Shown here: in pieces, positions 35,801 to 48,083 of the stretch | Position numbering within the stretch: the stretch's first letter is position 1 | How the letters are laid out: each line of letters starts with the position of its first letter | NCBI RefSeq assembly: GCF_036365525.1 | Contig: NC_090392.1 | Location: forward strand, 57,785,247-57,849,246 | Origin: Heterodontus francisci | Lineage: Eukaryota | Length of the DNA: 64,000 nucleotides | Direction of reading: 5' to 3' | The notes under the pieces: generated by a model | What the model was told of the DNA's origin: nothing | Database searches by the model: none | Seen by the model: the letters and a program-made list of their open reading frames with translations, nothing else | Made by a program: the position numbers and the translations under genes

Positions 35801-38050
35801 GGAGGCTGCAGCAGGGAAGAGGAGACTGCAGTGGGGAAGAGGAGGCTGCAGCGGGGAAGAGGAGGCTGCAGAGGGAACAGGAGGCTGTAGCGGGGGAGGA
35901 GACTGCAGGGGGGAAGAGGAGGCTGCAGAGGGAACAGGAGGCTGTAGCGGGGGAGGAGACTGCAGGGGGAGGAGGAGGCTGCAGAGGGAAGAGGAGGCTG
36001 CAGATATAATAGGAGGCTGCAGCGGGGAAGAGGAGACTGCAGGGGGGAAGAGGAGGCTGCTGAGGGGGAAGAGGAGGCTGCAGAGGGAACAGGAGGCTGC
36101 AGGGGGGGAAGAGGAGGCTGCAGAGGGGAAGAGGAGGCTGCAGAGGGGAAGAGGAGGCTGCAGCGGGGAAGAGGAGGCTGCAGAGGGAACAGGAGGCTGT
36201 AGCGGGGGAGGAGACTGCAGGGGGGAAGAGGAGGCTGCAGAGGGAACAGGAGGCTGTAGCGGGGGAGGAGTCTGCAGGGGGAGGAGGAGGCTGCAGAGGG
36301 AAGAGGAGGCTGCAGATATAATAGGAGGCTGCAGCGGGGAAGCGGAGACTGCAGGGGGGAAGAGGAGGCTGCTGAGGGGGAAGAGGAGGCTGCAGAGGGA
36401 ACAGGAGGCTGCAGGGGGGGAGGAGGCTGCAGATAGAACAGGAGGCTGCAGGGGGGAAGAGGAGACTGCAGGGGGAAGAGGAGACTGCAGAGGGAACAGG
36501 AGGCTGCAGCGGGGAAGAGGAGGCTGCAAGGGGGGAAGAGGAGGCTGCAGGGGGGAAGAAGAGGCTGCAGGGGGGAAGCGGAGACTGCAGGGGGGAAGAG
36601 GAGACTGCAGGGGGGAGGAGGAGGCTGCAGGGGGGAAGAGGAGGCTGCAGGGGGGAGGAGGAGGCTGCAGGGGGGAAGAGGAGGCTGCAGGGGGAGGAGG
36701 AGGCTGCAGGGGGGAAGAGGAGGATGCAGGGGGGAAGAGGAGGCTGCAGCGGGGAAGAGGAGACTGCAGGGGGGAAGAGGAGACTGCAGGGGGGAGGAGG
36801 AGGCTGCAGAGGGAGGAGGAGGCTGCAGGGGGGTAGAGGAGGCTGCAGGGGGAGGAGGAGGCTGCAGGGGGGTAGAGGAGGCTGCAGGGGGAGGAGGAGG
36901 CTGCAGGGGGGAAGAGGAGGCTGCAGCAGGGAAGAGGAGACTGCAGTGGGGTAGAGGAGGCTGCAGCGGGGAAGAGGAGGCTGCAGAGGGAACAGGAGGC
37001 TGTAGCGGGGGAGGAGACTGCAGGGGGGAAGAGGAGGCTGCAGAGGGAACAGGAGGCTGTAGCGGGGGAGGAGACTGCAGGGGGAGGAGGAGGCTGCAGA
37101 GGGAAGAGGAGGCTGCAGATATAATAGGAGGCTGCAGCGGGGAAGAGGAGACTGCAGGGGGGAAGAGGAGGCTGCTGAGGGGGAAGAGGAGGCTGCAGAG
37201 GGAACAGGAGGCTGCAGGGGGGGAAGAGGAGGCTGCAGAGGGGAAGAGGAGGCTGCAGAGGGGAAGAGGAGGCTGCAGCGGGGAAGAGGAGGCTGCAGAG
37301 GGAACAGGAGGCTGTAGCGGGGGAGGAGACTGCAGGGGGGAAGAGGAGGCTGCAGAGGGAACAGGAGGCTGTAGCGGGGGAGGAGTCTGCAGGGGGAGGA
37401 GGAGGCTGCAGAGGGAAGAGGAGGCTGCAGATATAATAGGAGGCTGCAGCGGGGAAGCGGAGACTGCAGGGGGGAAGAGGAGGCTGCTGAGGGGGAAGAG
37501 GAGGCTGCAGAGGGAACAGGAGGCTGCAGGGGGGAAGAGGAGGCTGCAGGGGGGGAAGAGGAGGCTGCAGGGGGGGAAGAGGAGGCTGCAGAGGGGGAAG
37601 AGGAGGCTGCAGAGGGGGAAGAGGAGGCTGCAGAGGGGGAAGAGGAGGCTGCAGAGGGGAAGAGGAGGCTGCAGAGGGAAGAGGGGGCTGCAGGGGGAAG
37701 AGGAGGTTGCTGAGGGAACAGGAGGCTGCAGAGGGGGAAGAGAAGGCTGCAGAGGGGAAGAGGAGGCTGCAGAGGGAAGAGGAGGCTGCAGGGGGAAGAG
37801 GAGGTTGCTGAGGGAAGAGAAGCCCACCCAGGGAGGATTTTGCAAATGAAGGTATAGATCTTTAATTCCATGAATTGTGGGATGGGGAGTCAATGGAAGT
37901 TGATGAATTGTAATTTATGTAGAATGGAGCTCAGAGCACCGTCTGGAAAAGCATGGCAGAAGCTAAAAATTGAACTGACAAAGGCATGGAAGAGGGTTTC
38001 AGTCGCAGTGATGATAATACAAGGGTGGAAATGGGCAGTATTGCAGAGAC
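32815..38050 (-). mobile_element. Old L2 fragment (32815-32925 and 37820-38050) split by the minisatellite
   Basis: Right flank translates on - as ELKIYTFICKILPG (L2-type EFKILLLVFKALHG; cf. NILVLVLKSLHG at 6297). Flanks align by eye to the reverse complement of the L2 at 6260-6480. Confidence 0.65.
32926..37820 (+). repeat. ~4.9 kb purine-rich minisatellite, unit ~19-21 bp (GGGGAAGAGGAG[G/A]CTGCAG)
   Basis: Tandem units with a variable G run and a PstI site in most units. Diagnostic variants recur at exact spacings of 1115 bp and 312 bp. Confidence 0.98.
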
Positions 38051-40311
38051 ACAATCAGTACTGATACTCTGCTTCAATTCTTTAGGTTTCCTGGCAGCTG
38101 TGTGTTTCTGTTCATCAGCAATAATAACACTGTGGTGTCAGATTTCATCTTGCATTGGTTACTTCTTTCATATGGTCTCATACTTCTTGATAAGAGAGTG
38201 TCACGACAATGGCAGGTTTCATCCTGTATTCGTTATTGATGTAAAACTTGCTAAGAATCCTTTAAGTCAGTGCCCACACAACAAAATCAGAATCTTTAGT
38301 TATAAGAACAACCCCTATCGCAAAATGGTGAGTTTTCTCCTCACCCAATTGCTTCATTAATTTTCTTTCTGCCCCTCTCCTGAAGGTGCTTACAATTAGA
38401 TCTTGCAGTCTATAGCACTGGTCGCCTTCCAAAACCTTGCCTGACTGATCATCAAGTACATGCCCTGACAGTGACTGTCCACAGGCTATTTAACTGCAGA
38501 AATGCATCACTGCTGAGCCTGATTTTGCCTTTAGTCAATGTCTGCACAAGTACACTTCTTGCAGTGATCAGGAATGGAATATCAATACTGAAAAGACATG
38601 AATGAGTGTGGGTCTAGGCTGCACCAGTGACTATACCACTGATATCATTAGTTTTGCCTGTTTAGTCGGAGGGTTATGTAATCAAAATGTGGCATATGCT
38701 GCCCACAAAACACATATCTTTAAATAACTAATGTACTTTCTCATAGATATTGTAAACTCCAATAATGTGTATACTTCTAAATTGTATAATGAACTATGCT
38801 TGACCAGCATCAATAACATTGTTTGTGGGATATGTAAAATAAATATGTAGATAAGAATGCTTGTCTCTGTGTGCCTGATTTGAGACAACTGATGGTATAG
38901 GTGTAATCTCTGTTGAAAGATAATATTTGCTCTTTGTTGGTGTATATAATGTAACAGAATTAACTCATAACAGGGTTTCATTTTAAACAAGCAAAAAGGA
39001 GACTTCCAGGTTTAATCTCATTCAAATTGATAATTGTGCAGTAGTTGACAGATTCACAATTTTTGCACCTACCTTCTGCTGTTTCTCACTGTCGCTATTA
39101 CACTGTTCAAATCTCTTCCTACTGTAAACTTAATGAACCTCCTCCATGCTCATAAAATGCAACAGTCAAACTGACAGCTCAGGCACTACAGAAACATGTA
39201 AAAAAAAATACATATCTTTGTCACCAATTTTTTTGAAATAAGTCTAGTTGATTTCTATGGTTGTAGAAGAAAATGAAATCTGGTCATTTGGTCACAGACG
39301 TAAGCTTTGTCGGCCGTAGGGTTTATCACCATTACAAATATAAAACAGAGTTTCAACCCACCTCCAATTAGGAAAAGAAATAAATTATAGCCATCTCACC
39401 AAGAGGATCTTCCCAAACCTTTAGGAAGATTCTATGAGCTTTAATTCTTACACAAATATTGCCTTTGAGTGCATCTAAATATCTTTACATTGTAACACTC
39501 AAAAATACTTCTGCATCTGCCTTCTACTGCAGCATGTTCAAAGCTGTGTGATTTTTTTTTATATATTTCTGCTGCCTGTAGATTCTGTCCTTCATTCACT
39601 TGGTCTAATTAGGGATGAGTCACTGCGATCATCTGCAGAGTCAGCCTTTGGAACGACTACAGGCCAATTCCGAAGATTAAAAGCATGGATTCTAACCGCA
39701 ACCTGCCCACTCCACTCCATCCCCCGCTAACTTTGTTGCAGACAGAACACAGTGATGATGATACTATAATAGCATGTTTTACATTTCAAGCTGTATAATT
39801 TTAAGTTTGTTTACTTTTCTAGGCCTGACAAAGAAAGATAAAAGCTTTGTGCGGTGCTTTTTCATAATTAGATATTGTACGCAGGTCGGAGCCAGGGTGG
39901 GTGGGAAATGGATAGAGACTTCCCATTGAAAATTGACTCATATAAGAAGCATAATCACAAGGTCTCCTTCCAAGCTCCACAGTAAAAATACAATGAACAG
40001 TAAAGAGCCCACCCACCTGTGGGATTTGCTTAATGTAATAATGAAACCATTCACGTCTTGTATCAAGAAATATTCATTTCTTTTAGGAGATAAAAGAAGG
40101 GTTTCAGAAACAAAGGGGGTTATCTTAGTGAAAGGGTGAAAACAGGCGCTAAGTGGGTGCTGTGCTCATAAAACTGGCCTGATTGAAAATTTGGCTTTAG
40201 CCTGGAGACACTAAAAGAGACACCTGCAATTTAGCACTCAAGCACTGATTAGAAGCAACTTTGGTACAGCAGTATATGTAGACTCCACACACCACTTCCA
40301 CTGAAGGTGTG

Positions 40312-40780
40312 GGGCTGGATATTTTGGTGCCGACCAAACTCCTGGCACCAGGCCAAAAAGGCTGGGGGAACCCTGCCTCGGCCTTTCTAAGCCCCCAGCA
40401 CGATCTTACGTTGTTCCGGCACTTAAGTGGCTGATGCCAGGATCCCTGTCACTTTAAAGAGGCCTTGGACCCAGGCCCAGTGCTGGAGACTCAGACCTCA
40501 GATCAGTAAAGCAGGATCACCGGGCCCGTCCGGAAGGCCCTGATGAGGTGGGGTGGGAGGGTGAGTGTCTGGTGCAGGGGGAAGGGTATCCAGGTAGGTG
40601 GAGTATATCTCACTGGGCGTCCTCCGTTGGCCACAGATTGCCCGTGGAGAGGGACTCGCCCCACCCCCGCAAGCTTGCAGGGAGGGCGAAAGGAGGGTTA
40701 AAACCAGCAGCGAGGGGGAAGAGGCCCTTAAGTGGCCATTAATAGGCCCTTGCCTCAAGGTGGCCCATAAAATCCAGCCC
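40312..40780. mobile_element. Harbinger-type MITE
   Basis: Terminal inverted repeats GGGCTGGATATTTT ... AAAATCCAGCCC. Confidence 0.75.
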
Positions 40781-41851
40781 TTGGTGTGCACTGTTAACAA
40801 CAGAATGTTTCAAGAAACCTGAGGGACCACATGAGAGGGCACACAAGTTCTTAGATGTAGCATTGGAGGTCCTGGTGGGTGTAGCATTGGAGGTCCATAG
40901 AGGGAGAAGAGGAGCCTAACTCTCCCTTCTATCACTCACTCCTGCAGCAGCTTGTGCTGCTGTGCCTGGCCTTATGTCCTCCTCCCATTTCTCCTCCAGA
41001 CCAAGGGGACCCCTAACAAGATGCTGATGACCAAGCACTAATTTTCTCCCGATGAGGTGTCCAATAAGGTAGACTAGCATAGCATTCATTCTCTTTAGCT
41101 AAAGTCCTCAAAGAATCTCTGGGAAAAATGTTGATGGAGTGTTGGTGAAGTCTTGACAAACTGCCCCAGAATGTCTCCTGCTGTGTCTCAAAAGTGAGCA
41201 AGCTGGAGCATGAAAGCTGAGCATAGCTTTCAGTAGTGCTCAAAATCCTCCAGTACAACTTCTTTACTACTGTTCAGCTGGTCACTGTTTGGAGAGGTTG
41301 GTAATTGAAGAGCTAACCATCAAAAAGCCATGCATACTCTTTAATGAGCACTAGCAGACAATCTAATTGTCAAGCAGAGATTTAACAATCCTCCGGGTGG
41401 CCATTCTTAGCATGCACTTCAACTCCTTTATCGAATGTCATTTTGCACTAAAGGTGGGCTAAACCAACATTGCAGCTCAAGATCCCATCTTGACCACTGC
41501 GGAGGCTCTTTACCACCTAAAATATCGTGGGTAAATCTCCCCCAAAACGTATTAAATTGTAAAATATAGTACTGCTTTCGGATTTACATGTGATACACCA
41601 TCAAAGAGGTCCAGGTTGAACTATGATTTCGTTGGCAGATGAAGGCCAGGAAGCAAATACCAATGAAAATAGAAGTAGCTGCAACATGGGAATTCATTGC
41701 TCCTCATATTAATATATGATAATGAGATATTCTCCAATGCAAGTGCCGATTGAAATTAAAATTAATTTGACTTAACGAAATTTAAATGGAGGTAGAGGAA
41801 GACACAACCACAGGAATACCACCTACCATGGAAACCTGGCTGTGTTACTTA

Positions 41852-42889
41852 TGTTACAGACAGGTGGGAAATGGTGTGGGTGACTTCCATTTTTCACCTC
41901 TCAACTGATCGCAGATAGTGTTTTTAAAATGAGTGTTTTAGTCCTTTCAGGTTTGAGGGTCAAATAAACAGACAAACTGCAGGTTTTCTCATAGGTTTAA
42001 AAAGATAACTATTTATTAAAACAATATCAAAAAATGTTTGCAACCTCACCCATTCACACATTCACACACAAGAAAAGAGAGTAGAAGGTAGCATGCAATT
42101 AGAGTTTGATTGTTGTAAAGAGAGTTCACTACGAAATCTTGGTTTTCTGGGCAGAATTTTTAACAGCGTTGAAGGGCTGAATGTTCCTCATCTTGGAATT
42201 GATAAAGTATCACAAACTCCTTTGGCTAAAACTCAGTCCGAAGTTGGTGGTGGAAGTCTGGCTTCAATTTCTCAGATGGAGAGTTCTTGAGGTCACCTTG
42301 CAATCTCTCTGTCTCAGTAAAGATGGTGTGGCAAGGCTCCTTGCTCAGCTGGATCGATCTCACAGCTTCTCTGGCTGGAATGGCTTTCTGTCCCTCTCTC
42401 AGAGAAGTTAATTTTAAGGTAAAAACTTATCAGGTTTTGGTTCAGTCAGGCGACTCACGATGCTCTCTCCTGACGTTTTCATACAATGTCCCAGGGTGTG
42501 GGGACCAATGTTGCATAATGGCGTCTGAATGTAGTCCGTTTTGGTAAATAGGTATTATTTCACACCTATTATCTTGGCCTTGGCTTTGGAGGCAGTCTGT
42601 CTGCAAAAGCCTTTACTAGTCCAATTTTTGATGATAAGCGTCATTAGCATGGACTGGGCTGTTTTACATGTCAATGTGCCTCCTCAAGACGATTCCAGAT
42701 GCTAATAATGGTCCCGTCTTCCACAAACATGTTGATTGGCAGTAGAGGAGGGTTCACCTGACCTCTCCCTCCATGTTGCTGGGTAGCAAAGTGTCATTTT
42801 TCCTGTAGCTTAGTTCAACAGTTTACTTTTATTACATAATTCCTTCAGTTCATTTCATATTTCATCACTGTTTCCACGTGAGCATGACA
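41852..42889 (-). mobile_element. Solo LTR (Gypsy-like)
   Basis: TGTTACA...CATGACA termini, flanks CTTA/CTCA. Left part resembles the LTRs at 44333 and 50914. Minus-strand AATAAA near 42012. Confidence 0.6.
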
Positions 42890-43344
42890 CTCATGACTAC
42901 TAAATCCAATCTTACAGTTCAGAGGCTAACTAAAATTACTGACAAGAGAGCAAGACCTTGTAACTAGAATATATCAAAAGAAAAGCGCATAGAGCAGAGT
43001 ATAGATATATTTTAGGTGAAGGTGTCAAGATCAATTATCTTAATTGCAGACTGCTAGCAATTTAAATCAGATGGAGATTCTCCTTTTTTCAGAATAATCC
43101 CTGATGAAATAACTGGACCAAGAGAATCTGTCATACTTCCACATTTTTGACATGGGACCTGTACTGTGTGGCAGGGAGGAACATTGTGCTAATATCTTAA
43201 ACAAGTATACATTTAATGTATGTAAAGTAGCCAGTATCCTGGGGAAGTTTGGAAATTGAGATTGGGAGAAGCAGGTCAAGAGAACTCACTTGATCTTTCT
43301 GCAGGAAATAGCTATCAAAAACTAGCACAACTTTTATAGATGTT

Positions 43345-43654
43345 TGTTGAAAATGGAGCTTGGTGATAAATGAAGGGAAAGTATGATTTTACATTTGTTT
43401 CAATTGTTAGGGTCGAAAGTTATGTTAATGGATGTTAAATACCTGGTAATAGGGTGAACAGGTATTGGGTGTTGATTAGTAAATTGTACTCAAATGTGTG
43501 TAATATATATAAATATAAAGAAGAGCCAGCCAGCACTAGCTGGGTGGTATTTGGAGTGGAGAAGTAAGCTTTGTGGCAAGCAATAAACAGTCTCTATCTG
43601 AGCATCCTAATCTCAGTGTCTTCTTCACAAACAGACTTGGAAGTTTCTCCAACA
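43345..43654 (+). mobile_element. Possible short solo LTR
   Basis: TGTTG...CAACA ends, TATA-like tataaatataaa at ~43508 and AATAAA at ~43582. No TSD found. Confidence 0.35.
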
Positions 43655-44332
43655 TCAATGACTGCAACAAAAACTAATTTCAAACTAATAGGGCTGTAAG
43701 TTGCACTAAAGTATAGGATTAAAAAACTTGGTAAACTGCTCAGAGTAAACCTGAATGTTATTCTTAAAACCTCTTCACTACAAAGGCAATCCACAAAGGA
43801 TACATTACTGTAGTTCTGATTAACTTCTAAAATTTTCATTTTAGTGCTGATATCCTGGCTGTGGGGAGTTTAATACAAAATTAGAAGCTGTTTACAAGAA
43901 TATTGGCTGCATCTTATTGATTAATAACCATAAATATGCTAATTGTTAGGCTATGTTGATAAGCCAAAATTATGAACATTTATCCTTTTTGGTTAAGGAG
44001 AGTGTGTTTTATAAATCAGGGAAAATAACATTGCATGAAATCCACAATAATACTATATTTTTTTCTTCAGCATTCAAATTATACACAAAGACTAACTGTT
44101 GATCATCTGACTTCAAGCGGAATAACCAGACACAATTAATTGGCTGAAGATTGTTAAAGAGATATATTGGAGATTGGCAGATAAGAAAAATAATGAAATA
44201 ATGAGGCAAAAATGTGAAAACACGCAAAATATTAAAAGAAAAGAAAATTACAATAAGCAACCCCATTAAGGAAAAAGCTGTAACGGTAATAATTTTGAAA
44301 AGAGGTTTTTTTAGAGGTTACCCAGTACAGAT

Positions 44333-45174
44333 TGTTACGACCAGGTGAGAAAGAGGTCTAGGGTTCTCTTTCAACCTTCACCTGGTCTTACTGTAACAGG
44401 GTTTAATTTTAAACACCACCACGTTTTTAGTTCCCCCTTGGTGAATCCTTGTTCACTGCTTTCCAATTATAAGGCAAAGAAATGAGCACACTCCCACGTT
44501 TTCTTAGGTTTAAAGAAGAAAATTGAAAATGATTAAACTTAAACTCTAATTCGGTTAATGCCTGTGGATAAACAATGCACCCGTGCTAGCATGCATACGA
44601 TACACATATGCAGGGACAGAAAGAGCAGAAGAAAAATAAAGTGGAAAAGTTTGAGGTAATATCTGAAGAGTTGTTGTTATGGTTCTTTGAGCTCACTGTA
44701 GAGTCCTTGATTGTAGGTAGATCTGTTGGGGCCCAGTATTCTTCTTAAACCTTGTTTGCTGTAGGAGACTTTTCTCTCTTGGGGTTCATTGTCTTCTATG
44801 GGTTTTTGGAGTATAGTGAGAAAGAGATGGGAGCAGATAGATAGGCAGGAGGTCTTCTTCAGTCCATGAGCAAAGAGCTTTCTGCCAGTTCAAACACTGT
44901 CTCTCCAATTTAAACTCTCAGTCCAAACTGTGCAACAGCCAGTTAGTCAAGTGACTAACTGGTTCAACCACATCTGTTTGTGGATTGAATTGGAGCAGGG
45001 GATAGCTCCTTTCTTCCAAACAGTGTCTGTTAATGTGCAAAAAAGTATTTCCAGCCAGGTGTCTGTCAACCCCTTGTCATAGGCGTCTCTTCTTCCCAGC
45101 AACAATTTGAAATGTAATGTCCATGTGGCTAAATTAATAATGCCTCATCCTTGGCAGGTGGGGGCCTGCAGACT
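44333..45174 (-). mobile_element. Solo LTR (Gypsy-like) with 4-bp TSD AGAT
   Basis: Starts TGTTACGACCAGGTG. AGAT at 44329-44332 and 45175-45178. Highly similar to 50914-51776. Confidence 0.8.
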
Positions 45175-45410
45175 AGATACATTCTGACATAAGCACAACA
45201 TTGATCTAAACATCAGGAAAATGAGTGATAAAGCAACATAGCCCCAGTTTAAAAAGTGGAGTTTTCACTTTGCTCCGGTAAATTGCCTTGAGATGTTTTC
45301 TTATATTAAAGAGAGTATATAAATGGAAGTTTATATTATTGTTGATTGGAATATTCCCATCTATTTGGTCAGCTTTATAGCAAAAGATATGGCAACTAAT
45401 AATACCTAAT

Positions 45411-46991
45411 GAGAATCATAGAATGGTTACAGCAAGGAAGGAGGCCATTCTGCCTGTTGTGTCTGTACTGGCTCTCTGCAAGAGCAACTCACCTGGTCCC
45501 ACTCCCCAGCCTTTTCCCCTTAGCTCTGCTAATTTTTTTCTCTTCAAATAATTCTCTTTTGAAGGTCCCGATTGAATCTGCCTCCACCACACTTTCAGGC
45601 AGAGCATTCCAGATCCTAAGCACTCACTACATAAAAAACTATTTCCTCATGTCGCCTCTGGCTCTTTTACCAATCACCTAAAATCAGTGTCCTCTGGTTC
45701 TGGATCCTTTGGCCAATGGGAACAGTTTTTCCCTATCTACTCTGTCCAGACCCCCCATTGTTTTGAGCACCTCTATCAAATCTCCTCTTAATCTTCTCTT
45801 CACCAAGGAGAACAGGCCCAGCTTCTCCAAAATATCCATGTAACGGAAGTCGCTCACCCCTGGAACCCTTCTCATGAATCTTTTCTGCCTTATCAATCTT
45901 CCTAAAGTGTGGTGCCCAGAACTGCACACAATACTCCAGTTGAGGCTGAGCCAGTGTTTTATGCAGGTTGATTATAACTTCCTTGTCCTCTATGCCCCTA
46001 TTCATAAATCCCAGGATCCCATATGCTTTATTAACCGACTTCTCAACCTGCCCTGCAACCTTCAATGATTTGTGCACATATAACATATACCCCCAGGTAC
46101 CTCTGCTCCTGCACCCCCTTTAGAATTGTACCCTTTAATTTTATATTGCCTCTTATTCTTCCTAACAATTTTCTGTATTAATATTCATCTGCCACTCGTC
46201 TTCCCATTCCACCAGCCTGTCCATGTCCTCTTGAAGTTTATCGCTGTCCTCCTTACAGTTCACAATACTTCCAAGTTTTGTGTCATTCACAAATTTTGAA
46301 ATCATGCCCTGTACACCCAAGTCTATGCCATGGGTACATATATCAAGAAAAGCAGGGGTTCTAGGCCCCTGGGGAACCCCACTATATATCTTCCTCCAAT
46401 CTGAAAAACAACTGTTCACTATTACATTCTGTTTCTTGTCATATCCATATTTCATATCCATGCTGTTACTCTCCGTTTTATTCCATCAGCTTTAATTTTG
46501 CATCACGCTCATACACCCTCTCCATTACCTCATCAAAAATCCTAAGCAAGTTAGTTAAACATGATGTGCCCTTAACAAATCAGTGCTAGGTTTCCTTAAT
46601 TAATCCATATTTATCCAAATGACTGTTAATTTGGTCCCGGTTAAACTCTAAAATAAAAGCAAAATACTGCAGATACTGGAAATCTGAAATAAAAACAGAA
46701 AGTGCTGGAAATACTCAGCTGGTCTAAAAGCATCTGTTCCTCTCTCCACAGATCTACTGAGTATTTCCAGCACTTTCTGTTTTTATAACTGAGGTTAAAC
46801 TGACTGTAGTTGCTGGGCTTGTCCTTACACCCTTTTTTGAACAAGGGTGTAACATCTGAAATTCTCCAGTCCTCTGGCACCACCCATGTATCTAAGAAGG
46901 GTTGGAAGATTATGGCCAGTGCCTCCGCAATTTCCACCCTTGCTTCTCTCAGCATCCTGGGATGCATCTCATCCGGTCCTGGTGACTTATC
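45411..46991 (-). mobile_element. CR1 LINE fragment, interrupted by a Penelope hairpin and a MITE; resumes at ~47756-47835
   Basis: KSPGPDEMHPRMLRE, SGVPQG, QPQLEYCVQFWAPHFRK, KRRLRGDLIEV. Confidence 0.85.
46650..46786. repeat. Penelope-tail-derived hairpin with perfect 30-bp arms
   Basis: 46689-46718 ataaaaacagaaagtgctggaaatactcag is the exact reverse complement of 46757-46786. Confidence 0.85.
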
Positions 46992-47755
46992 AGGCTGAAT
47001 TTCACCAGCCCCTTGATGTCGGGGGTCATGGGGGGGGTGGGTGGGGAAGGGGGTCTGTAAAATACTTGTGGGAGAGGCCCGCCACAACTTCAAATGCCGA
47101 AAAGGCCCCACCGCAGTTTACCGGCGGCAGCGAGGCCTAGGTGTGGCTTACCTTCATTTGCCTGCTCAAACTTATTCAAAAAAATGTTAATTAACTTACC
47201 TGGAGCGGGTGGTCATCCCACACCGATATTGCAGCCAGTGGCCAGAAGGCCCGTGCCTTCCGAACCCCGTTAGAGGATTCCAGGCGAGACACTGTTGGGG
47301 AGGGCGGAGGAGTGAAATTATGAGGGCTGGAAGGGGTGAGTGGGAAAAACACTTTTTGTAGGCTGTGGGGTAGTGGGAAGGGGTTAAAAGGCAAATGTGA
47401 TGAGGTTGGGGAGGAAACTTCAGGTTGGAAATAAAATAAATTATTGACTTATAGGCCAATAAAAAAAACATTTGGGTTGGGGGTGGGGGTTGGGAAAGGG
47501 CCTCCATCCTTTCATTGCTTTTTAAAAGATGATTCACAGAAATGCACCTTTAGAAATTCACTTTGTTCCTAAGGAGTTGAAGCCCTTTAAAAATGGTGGT
47601 GGCGCCTGCACGGTGGCGCCTGACACCGCTGTCAGGGACGGAGTAGCCGCCCCCTCTACATCATAGGGGCGGCCATTCCGCCCCCTCCATAGAAATGAGC
47701 CCCCGCGCAAAATATTGCAGGGGCTCAGCGGCGGTGCACTAATAAAATTCAGTCC
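46992..47755. mobile_element. Harbinger-type MITE with 3-bp TSD ATC
   Basis: AGGCTGAATTT ... AAAATTCAGTCC, with ATC at 46989-46991 and 47756-47758. Removal restores CR1 gacttatcaacttt. Confidence 0.85.
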
Positions 47756-48083
47756 ATCAACTTTAAATACAGCCAGTACCTTCTCTTTATTTTTAGCCCA
47801 TCCATAGTCTCAACTAACTCGTCTTTCACCATGAGATTCAAAAGTTGGTGAAATGGGAAGTAAAGCAAGTTTCCAGTCCAGTGTAATTGTTGTAATTTGG
47901 AATTTAAACTCGGAGATGTGGGACCCGATCCCTCTAAGTTCTTTCGGTAGCAGAAATTCCAACCACTATTTCCTTGCCCATCAAAAAGTCAAGATAATTA
48001 TTCATTTCTTCAATAGGACTAGAAAAGTAAACCTGAGAATAATGGTCCATTAATGCTAATTGACATATTATCTAACCTCAATA

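Noticed and set aside
32926-37820. CRISPR-like repeat/spacer array
   Set aside because: Units are contiguous with no unique spacers, there are no cas genes, and the context is eukaryotic.
32805-37893. Giant minus-strand ORFs (1688, 1291, 1206 aa) and Arg/Gly/Glu-rich plus-strand ORFs
   Set aside because: All three minus frames are open because the C/T-rich repeat strand almost lacks stop codons. Unit length is not a multiple of 3, so the same peptides appear in every frame. The apparent signal-like N-terminus is an L2 ORF2 remnant.
40856-40896. 17-bp direct repeat tgtagcattggaggtcc x2
   Set aside because: Simple local duplication with no supporting context.
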